Shown here piece by piece: positions 53,851 to 64,000 of a stretch of 64,000 bases of DNA. The stretch's first letter is position 1. Every line of letters begins with the position of its first letter. The notes under the pieces are model-generated. The model did no database searches, was not told the DNA's origin, and saw only the letters and a program-made list of their open reading frames with translations. Where the stretch lies: assembly GCA_012295275.1 (NCBI GenBank), contig CM022671.1:34224001-34288000 (forward strand). Reading direction: 5' to 3'. Origin of the DNA: Chrysomallon squamiferum (taxonomy: Eukaryota > Animalia > Mollusca). The translations under genes and the position numbers were made by a program.

Positions 53851-54525
53851 CCAGTCACATGTGTGGATCTTACAGAGTATGAAATAACACAATGGAAAAT
53901 ATCGGTTACTGCGACTGCATGTTGGAGGTGGGTCAGAATCGCCCACTTTTGAAATCATATTCTTAAATATTCGAGCAATTTCACTAAACTGTCTCGTAAT
54001 ATTTTTAACTGTATTTATGTTACGAAAAATAAAAGAACAGTTCCTATAAAGGAAAATAATAAAAATAATAACAAAAATAAACGCTTGAAACTATCTTTAG
54101 CAGTAATAATAATAACAAAAAAACAATAACAAGAAATATTAATAATAACAACAGCAACATTAACAACAACAAAAACAAACAATAATAAAAAATAAATAAT
54201 AATAACAATAAATCTAATAATAATAATAACAATAACAACAATAATAACAGTAATAAGAAGAGGAACAAGTAATAGTAAATTGAAAAAAAAATGAACCCAT
54301 AAATGACTAATTTATTAGAAACAGAAAAAAAAAAAATGTGCCTCGTTATAAATCTCAATTTTTAATATATTTTTATTTATTTATTTATTTTACCACAGCA
54401 TTAGAAGAGCTAAAAGCTGGCATTTTATATCTGAAACATCAAAAATGACCTCGTGAAATGATTTTTTTTTTTCCATTTTTTTTTTTTTTTTTTATTTTTT
54501 GAAGGGATTTACAGCATATATAATA

Positions 54526-54882
54526 CAGGATCATTCAAAAGTCCCGCTACACTTTGAATTTCAATTAAATGAAACGGCTTCACGGATTTGAACAAAATTA
54601 GTCGTGAACTTTCTGTAGACCAGAAGAGAGATGTTGTTACAAGGGAGATGCTGATCGGAGTTGGAGAGGAATGCTTGAAGAGGTGGACAATGTGTCTTGA
54701 AAAAGAAGACGCTCACGTTGAAGTCTACGGCGCCTAAGAAAACAGAAGAAGAGGGATTTTTTTCGTTATGGGACAAATTATAGCGGTCTACAGAAAGTTC
54801 GTGACTAATAGTGTTCAAATCCGTAAAGCCGTTTTCATTTAATTAAAATTTAAAAATGTAGCGGGACTTTTGAATGACCCTG
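54526..54882 (+). mobile_element. Tc1/mariner internal-deletion derivative, 357 bp, ~97-bp TIRs, TA TSD
   Basis: Left TA|CAGGATCATTCAAAAGTCCCGCTACA...GGATTTGAAC...GAACTTTCTGTAGACC is mirrored at 54785..54882, ending ...GCGGGACTTTTGAATGACCCTG|TA. The interior 54636..54737 encodes VTREMLIGVGEECLKRWTMCLEKEDAHVEVYGA*, resembling the Tc1/mariner transposase C-terminus. Confidence 0.88.
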
Positions 54883-55947
54883 TACAACTTGATATTATGT
54901 TATATTCTATGCATGTGTGTCTATATATATATATGTATGTATGTGTGTATATGTATATATATCTGTGTGTATACGTATGTATGTAACAACGAAAAGAGTG
55001 TGGAAGGAAATGCTAAAATTATTATATGACTATTTTAGCATGTACGTCGTGAAAGACAATATTTTTCGTATTTACAAATCTTTTATTTGAAATCTTTCCT
55101 TCTTTCTTTTTTGATAAAAGTGTAAGAAAATATATAAATTTAATTTACCTTTATATGAGAATGCATTCAAATTGTATGAAAATTGAATAAGAAAGAACAA
55201 AATGGAAGAATATCAATATTTACCTAAGTCTAGTTTATAACTGTCATCTAAATCTACAAGCGAGTATAATGACATAACGATTACAGTCTTAGGTTTTAAT
55301 TTAATACTTGAACCGTTATTTTGATTTTGACAGTCTTTAAGTATTCGCCTTTATGACAGTCTGACATCCAATATCTGATGTATTATTGGCACCGGGATTT
55401 CGTTACACATTCATCCATTCATTCAGTCGTATCATTATCGTAACCGCCCATCGCGGTTTGTACAGCCTTGCGCCACGACCGTGCACCCTCCTAATTATTC
55501 TGCTCTAGTGAATACACTCCACACCACGGTGTTATCAGTCATCGTGCGTGCAGGAAAGGTTTGTATAAAAGATTCTTTGTTCAGATGGCAAAACAGCGAT
55601 CCATCATGTGATGACAGCCTGTCTGTCTCTTGCTTCTTGCCGTTTGTTGTCTTTATGCGTGTTTCTTCAATGCCTGGATTGTCAAAGACAGTGGTTTGTC
55701 TTACGGGAGGGCTGGCTGCACAGAAAAACAAGTTTTCTTTGAAAAGAGAGGCTTGATGTTTGCTCTCAGTTTTTTTCTTCTGTATGACTGGTAATTAATG
55801 TCTCTTGTGCTGAACTGATAACCGCAGATTGAGTCGTTGTAATTGAATTTTTCTTTTTTACTTTTGATTTATAGTCGAAGTACTTTAGGAGATTATAATA
55901 TTGTTATAAACACACATACACGTACGTACATGCATACATATATACAA

Positions 55948-55996
<49 letters not shown>

Positions 55997-56934
55997 CATA
56001 TAAACAAAAAAACACACACATTCATGATTGGACTTGGCCCTCCTGTGCCATTGTTTTCATGAAGAGTGTCTATGTGTAGAATCTAATCAAAAGTAATAAG
56101 AGAAAAACATTTAGTACAGCAGTGACGCTATCTGTAATCTTTAATCTATTAATGGGCGGAGCTTGGACATTTTGTCTGCCTTTACGACAGAAATCCTTAC
56201 ATTTTTTTTTCCTTCTTAATTAATTCTAAAATTAATCGGTTATTTGGCGCAGTGTTGTGCCGTTACTAAATTGTTTTCCGATACAAAACCTCGTTTGAAA
56301 AAAACGTTTGAATATCGTACCGGTTCCTCTTTCTAAAAGTATACATGAAAAAAAAAAAAAAAAACCGAGGAAAAAAAACATATGACAGATCCCGTTTTTC
56401 TTTTCCTTTATGTTTATTTGTTGTTCTTTTTCACATGCCGACTCTTTCATCTTTTTGAAAGCACAAACGGGACGCGCGACTTCTTACCGCAAAGATAATG
56501 AAAACGTTAAATAAGCTCAGCCTTTGAATGTGCTCACCGTCACAGCTTTCGTTTAAATAAAAACCACATTACACAGAATATCTCTCTCATTCTACGTTTC
56601 GGCTTGTCAAGTCAAACCTATCAACTCATTCCAATTAGTTATTACTTTCGTGCATTCCTTCTTTTTGTTAGGTCGCACCGGCTCAGTTATTTGTCGCTGA
56701 CTTCACAATACACCGCAAAGTGCCGTTCTAAAGATGAGTGGCTTTCGGTAAACGTAGATATATATATATACTGTCCGTTTTTTGCGACGCGTGACAGTCA
56801 ATAAGCTGGGTTTTCAAAGAGCGAACTAGAATAGTCTCAGTTTCTCTGCTGGACGGGACAAATACCGTGTTTGACCAGAAAGTGAGTGAACACTTCTTTG
56901 GGCATGGTGTGGAATTAAAGGAGAAGTGAATGAA

Positions 56935-57004
56935 ATGGCAATGGAAGTAAAATTAAAATTTCTCTTGTCGGTTGCAGCGGCATTTGGAGTTCTAAGAACG
57001 TTAG
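56935..57004 (+). CDS. Candidate first coding exon of an unidentified secreted or membrane protein (signal-peptide-like MAMEVKLKFLLSVAAAFGVLRTL)
   Basis: ATG in a gaaATGG context; basic n-region and hydrophobic core; strong phase-1 donor AG|GTAAGT at 57005; CpG-retaining upstream region. No downstream exon identified. Confidence 0.4.
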
Positions 57005-57081
57005 GTAAGTGTTCTTTTTCTTATATTTCTTCCTGTTATTTATTTATTTATTTTATTTTATTTTATTTATTTATTTTTATT

Positions 57082-57130
<49 letters not shown>

Positions 57131-57946
57131 TGTATAAAAACGACATTATACAGATGTTGTTTGTTTGTTAATCTTTTGTTTATTTATGTGTTTATTTGTT
57201 GGTTGGTATCTATTTTATTTGCGTATAATTAAAACATAAAGTATTAAAACTAATATATGATTATTACAGTTGTTCTTGTTGTCGAGGTCATCGTTGTTGA
57301 TGTTGTTGGTTGTGTTGATGATGATGACAGCATTGACAATGAATACGTATTTATTGTTTTAGTACTAATTATATTAGTACTGAAATAAAAATATGACTAA
57401 ATTCTGTTCTTGAAACTTAATTAAACAAACTATATATACTTAAATAGGCATACCTAAGTATACAGGTACTTACATACATACTTTACTAGCGGTTCTCATG
57501 TAAGTTAAACTGCTTCACAAACCCAGTTCTGACCACTACAACATTATCATATTTGTCGTTCACAAAAGATTTTCTTTTTTTTAAAATTATTCTGAAACGC
57601 AGTCTGTGGGTTTTGTCTTTTGTCGTTACAACAATAACCCACTATTTTGTTAATGACTCTTATTTAATTTTTTTTTTACCGATGATATTTATTTTATTTT
57701 ATTTAATTTAGTTTTTAAAATGTTTATAGTTGATATAGCACTTTTGTTACTGTTGTTGTCGTTGTTCTTCTATTTCATTTGCTTGTCATATTTTTTTTTT
57801 ATTGTTGTTGTTGTCGTTGTTATTACAAATAAATATCATACACCGACATTTTCTCCTTATAGAAAATTATTTTTGATAGACATCAAGAATAATAATAAAA
57901 TAAAGACTGAGAATAATGCCAATAAACAAACAAACAAACAAACAAA

Positions 57947-57989
<43 letters not shown>

Positions 57990-59959
57990 ATACTGATGCA
58001 GAATATCTATTTAAAAAACCCAATAATAAATTAAATATCCCTGAGAAAGAATTCTATACCATCCCCAGCAAACTCAAACGACAAATTTAAACCAATCCCT
58101 AAAAGAACGGCAGAAACAGAAGAAAATATGAAACGCAACAACAGCGAAAAAAAAAAAAAAAAAAAAAAAAAAACCAGAACAATAAAATAAATAAATAAAA
58201 CTCGAAAATGAAGATAATGGCAAAGAAGGAAACTAAGAAACAAAGAAAGAAACCTATCTATGTTACAGAAGTATTCATCAAACATTTCGACCGAAAAAAG
58301 CGGGAAAAGGTATTTGATGTAAAAAGAAAAGAAAGAAAAAAAGAAAAAGAAATCATTTTGACAGTTGAGAAATTTCAGAAGTTAGTCAATCTTGCAATCA
58401 TGCAAAAAGAGTAAAGAGTAAATAATAATAATAATAATAAAAATAATAATAATAATAATTTCAGTGAAAAGGAACCCGTAACATCCCCCAAAATCCAAAA
58501 TAAATTTATTTGGTGAACGGCCTGATTTTTTAAAATATTCTTTTTTATTTATATATTTTATATTTATATTTATATTATATTATATTATATTATATTATAT
58601 TATATTATATTATATTATATTATATTATTTTTTAATTAATTTATTTATTTATCATTATTTTAATTTTCTTTTTTCTTTGAGTGTTATAAGAGACAGTGTT
58701 TGATGTTTCTGTAGTCACAGTCGACTCTGACAGAGGAGTAGAATATGTTCTCCTCTCTGAGTTGGTTGATCATGTGAAGATTCCAAACTCTTTCTTCCGT
58801 TTTACCAGCTCTGTAAGGCGAAATATTCTGTCTCCGAGTCACACAAATCTCTGTATGATGACTTTCGTCTGTTTTATGACAAAACACAGATTCAGTTGTC
58901 TTTCGCTGGATAAAAACTCTCGTTTCTCTGCACAGAATAAATCTTTCTTTCTCTGGATAGACTTTTGTCGTATGAACCATCTCAGAAACACAGCTGTAGA
59001 TTAAGCTGCCTCTGAACTCTTGTTACTTCAGTGCAGAATAAAACAACAGATCAGATTCGGACCTGTGGACTTGGAGCACCATCAGAAGGTCTGCGATTTT
59101 CAACTTTCATTGCATTCACCCTAATATTTTCACTTAACACGATGGAACATTCTCGTGCAATCTCTCAAATTAGCTACGTAAATAAAAACCAAAAAAACCC
59201 ACCAATGTTTCAGAAGGGTTGAAAAACCAACATAAAGCTTTTGTTGGAGGTAACAACTGGAATCTTGCTGAGTGTGGTTTGGGTTTGTGGCATTCTGCAA
59301 CAAGATGAAAAAAAGAAGACGTTGAAAATGTCTATATGGAGCTTCAGATCAGACCTTCAAGTTTTGTTCTAGTACTGGGCTAATACATTTTATTTTATTT
59401 TAAAATGACACTGATTTTCATGGTTATTTCCCTAAAATGGAAAAAAAGTTGGTTGATGTGGCCAAAATATTTTGTAAGCAAATGTCTTTACAAAAAAATG
59501 TTCCAGTCCGAAATTGAAAAAGGCCTAGATCTAAATGTCCGTTCACCACAGACAGACACACACAGACAGACAAACACAGACAGACACACACATACAGATA
59601 CATACATAATTAATACAATAGTAATAAGAATAATACAAATAATATAATATTTTTAAAATTATAGGTGTTTTATTCATTTAAATAACACACTGTTGCAACA
59701 CTGTTATGTGTTGTTAATTTAGTCATCGTAAACTGAAATTCAGTCTTTAGATATAAATCTAGTTTGTCTGACGTTCTCGGAAAATATAAATAGATTCTAA
59801 GCAAACGGAATGAAATATGTTTTCTGTTCGGGTATTTGTATATGTGAATGTGTGTTTGTATGTGATTATGTATGTGTGTATGTATGTGTTTCTATGAAAG
59901 GCGTGTATGTATGTATGTATGTATGTATGTATGTATTTATTAAATTAGAGTTTTATTTT

Positions 59960-60420
59960 GAAACGTTTGTAAAAGTTGATTATGAACAGCATTTAAATAT
60001 TTTGTGTTTAATATTGTAAAATTTATAAACGCGGATATTAAACGTATTTAAGTATTTGACCTTTATACAATAACGTTCTTAAACGCGAGTATTAACCCTG
60101 TTTGAGTATATGACCAATCTTATTTGAATATTTCACTTTAATATTGTAACGTTTGTAAATGCAGGTTTTATCCCTATTTTATTATTTGACCTTTACACTG
60201 TCATTTTTGTAAATGCGGGTATTAAACCTATTTTAATATTGTAACGTTTGTAAATGCGGGTTTTTAACCCTGTTTGAGTATTTGATTTTTATAATATAAC
60301 GTTTGTAAAAATGGATATTTAGCGTATTTGAGTATTTGTAACGTTTGTAAATGCGGGTATTTACAGTTTGAGTATTTTAGTCTATTATTGTGACGTCTGT
60401 TAAAACTGATGTTAAAACTG
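59960..60420. repeat. Degenerate minisatellite (~35-55-bp units), core AACGTTTGTAAATGCGGGTATTAACCCTGTTTGAGTATTTG
   Basis: The core recurs about 8-9 times with many substitutions and indels. Confidence 0.75.
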
Positions 60421-61267
60421 ACGTAAAGTGTATTTGATATGTGATATATTAATACAGTAACCAAACCAGTGATTTCTTTTATTCTGCAGACCTCAGTAAT
60501 ATAAAATCTAAATCAAAGTATCTGTTTTATTTCTCAACACTGTATACTCTAGTTATATAAGTACTCACACATAGCTACCTACCTACCTACCTACATATAT
60601 ACATACGGACAAAATTCACACATACAAACGTACAAATGTATACACACGCTTACACGCATATACACATACACACGCATACACGGATTATATATATATATAT
60701 ATATACATACACATTTATAAACTGCAACGCGTCTACACAAAATATAGTTACAGATAAGCTGTAGATATTCTTTAACACAAATGTAACATTATCTTGCATT
60801 TAGTCTGCATATCCACATCACCGCTATCTAACAATACAAATAAAAATAAAAATAAATCTCCAGTCTTTGGATAATACACAAAATGTGTTTATTATTAGTT
60901 AGTACTTGAACGGACTTACCCGATAATCACAACATCATTAGAATATACGACATTATTAATAAAAACGTCGAAACGTCCCGAAGCCAAACGTATCCACGTT
61001 GAAAGCCGCTTTGTTCGAGTGACAGCGCGGAGAGAGAGGAAGGCAGAGAGAAGGGATTAGTTTTCCTTTATGTAGATGCCACTGCGGACTTTAACACAGG
61101 AAGGCAGGTAAAATGTATGATACAGATCAGAGCATGTTAGGAAACAGGTAACTGGAGAATTTGATTTACAAAAATGCAAAAAAAAAAAAAAAAAAAAAAA
61201 TGCAAATAATTTTTTTTTTAAAATAAATATAGATAGATAGATAGATAAATAAATAAATAAATAATAA

Positions 61268-61343
61268 ACTACTACTGCTACTACTACTACTACAACTACT
61301 ACTATTATTACTACTACTACTACTACTACTACTACTATTACTT

Positions 61344-61396
<53 letters not shown>

Positions 61397-61397
61397 G

Positions 61398-61456
<59 letters not shown>

Positions 61457-61475
61457 GCTACTGCTGCTGCTACTA
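61268..61475. repeat. (TAC)n trinucleotide microsatellite
   Basis: About 200 bp of ACT repeats; source of the poly-V ORF. Confidence 0.95.
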
Positions 61476-61610
61476 ATATTACCACTCTAGTATTATTTGT
61501 TTTACTACTGCTTATAAGATAAAATCGAACAAAACATGATCAAAATACATTTTCACAGACACATACACATGCTCACATACACACATACACACACATGCGC
61601 GTGGGCGCAG

Positions 61611-61643
<33 letters not shown>

Positions 61644-62115
61644 TTCAAACGAATTTAACAGTTCCACATTTTATTTTTTATTTTTTTATTTTTTTATTTT
61701 TTTGTTCCATAACGTTTTTGTCTCTTTTTTAAATCTGCTTTTTTCTTACATATTTGTACATTTCAGAAATACGTTATATGATTTACACTGAAATGAAAAA
61801 AGAACCAACAACAAACATAACAGTGACCCCCCAACCACAACAGATATTTTGTTAAAACACAACACTGACACTCAACAACAACAACAACAACAGTAAAAGA
61901 TCTCTTAACAAACGTAACACACATCGTTCCTAACGATAATTTCTCGTAAGAATAATAACCCCAAATACCCGTGTCATCGCATGATACATACCGTATTAAA
62001 CCAGTACACGCACAAAACTGTTTACAGGTAATTAGGTCAATGTTTATATCATATCCACACGCTTTCTTTTAAGTTTAAATAATATATCAGTAGGTAGGTA
62101 CATTCAAATAGGTAA

Positions 62116-62146
<31 letters not shown>

Positions 62147-62391
62147 GCGTACATACATACATATATACATATAATTATAAATTTATGACGCGTACTAATC
62201 GTTTCCTACGTTCTGTATAAATTATTTTGTATTTATGTGTCATTAATAGTCACACACACATATACACACAAACACACACACACACTTATTAATGATACAT
62301 TAATATGAAGGAATTTATTACAGAATGCAGGAAATCATAGTACGCGTCATAAAGTTGGGCACTAAATTGTTGATAACTCATAAAGATGCAT

Positions 62392-62422
<31 letters not shown>

Positions 62423-63290
62423 GTATGTGTGTGTATGTATGTATGTATATATACTTATATATATGATATATTTCGTGTCTTTATAAGCGGGTTCAGACAA
62501 ATGTCGCCGTTACTCGAACAGTTCTGTTCCTCGCAAGAAGTGATGAATGTGTTTGCGCAACGTGATATTTATGATGTAGCTGATCACGCGGGGCTGTATG
62601 CAGGCCGCAGTGAATTTTAATTATCATTTGACATTTTTATTTATAATTATGGCGCTTAAGTTACATTTCAAGAAACGTCTGGAGCCGTTATGATAATATT
62701 TTGAAAGTAATGATATATTATTTTAAATATATATACACATATCTTTATGCATTAAGATTATATATATATATTTTATATATATAAGATGCATTAAGATTAT
62801 ATATATATTGACCAGAGACAGACATTGTACAATATATAACGAGAAAAAGTTATTATATTCACAGGCGTATTTTTGGTGGGCAACAAACAGTTCAAATCTA
62901 GACCATTTATCAAAAGATCACTATTTTTTTTTTTTATATATATAACATTCAGGATAATGAATTCCGGCTAATTTCTCTAAATTTCAGCAGAGCAAACCCA
63001 GAGATATCAGATTTAAAGAATAATCGTATGTATTGTGAAAAAAAAAAAAAATAACAAAATTCAATTTTTTTCAGTTGAAAATAAATTTCTAGGTGGTTTC
63101 AACTTTGTTATTATTATTACTTTTATTTAGATGTAATTAATTTCTTTATTTTTTATGTTGTTGTTTGATTTATTTATTTATTTTTTTTTTTTTTTTGTGT
63201 GGGTTTTGTTTCTTTTTGTTTATTTAATTAATTCACTGTAGTAACTGAGTGCAGTTAATTTAACAACTGTGTTGGCTAACTCAATCAGAG

Positions 63291-63339
<49 letters not shown>

Positions 63340-64000
63340 AAAGAAAAACAAAAAGAACAATCAACATGATCTTTATTTATCAACACAGTCTGACTAAGAC
63401 AGCTGAAATATTTTACTCAAACCTAACACGCCCAGGCACACCCAAACACCTCCACACACCCGCACACATTTACACACACAAACCCACATCCACCCACACC
63501 CAGCCACCCATATACACAAAATAAAACAAACAGTCACACACATAAACACACACGTTATATGGAAAGAATGTACATACATACATACATACATACATACATA
63601 CATACATAAATGCATACATATTTAATCAGAGTGATAGAGAGAAAGAAAGAAAGACACTCATGGTTTTATATATATATATGTGTGTGTGTCCGTACACACA
63701 CATACATTAATAGATTAAATGCGCTGATTTCATGCTTTTATTTCATCAGGAATTAAAATGCTGGCTAGGTGCTTTTGCACAACGATTGAGAAAACAGCAA
63801 CAACAACAAAAATTAGAAACAAGCGAAAAAAAAAAAAAAAAAAAAAACAACAACAAACAAACAAAAAAAAAAAAAATTAATAATAAAAAATTAAAAAATT
63901 AAATTAAAAAAAAAGAGAGAGAGAAAGAAAGAACGAAAAAAGAACAGAAGAAAATAACGTAAACGGTTACGAAGATAATTCTTGGTTAACATCGTAAGGA

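Noticed and set aside
58684-59380. Moderately complex region with ~100-aa ORFs on both strands; considered as exon 2 of the signal-peptide gene or as an RT remnant
   Set aside because: I found no recognisable motif series and no convincing acceptor/donor pair, so I cannot assign it without a homology search.

Overview
This is AT-rich, microsatellite-dense animal genomic DNA, not prokaryotic. The CDK5 sequence and the RTE LINE suggest an invertebrate, probably a mollusc or other lophotrochozoan (inference). The one confidently identified gene is a complete 11-coding-exon CDK5 on the + strand (28881..38018, 296 aa, PSSALRE helix, all GT-AG introns). The ORF track misses it because the exons are short. 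It differs from human CDK5 at two normally conserved positions (C157F, V208D) and has one fewer intron. Downstream (44-56 kb) lies a cluster of transposon remains: an RTE-clade LINE reverse-transcriptase fragment, a pogo/Tigger-like MITE, a piggyBac transposase fossil and a Tc1/mariner deletion derivative with ~97-bp TIRs. Upstream are several minisatellites. The largest is a ~1.7-kb array of a 38-bp constant unit plus a 9-11-bp variable tail, with an overlapping E-box/CRE-like site in each unit. There are also several orphan promoter-like or first-exon-like patches, including a probable signal-peptide exon at 56.9 kb. Nearly all ORFs in the supplied track are translations of simple repeats. 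I found no demonstrably new biological system; the best leads are listed as findings.
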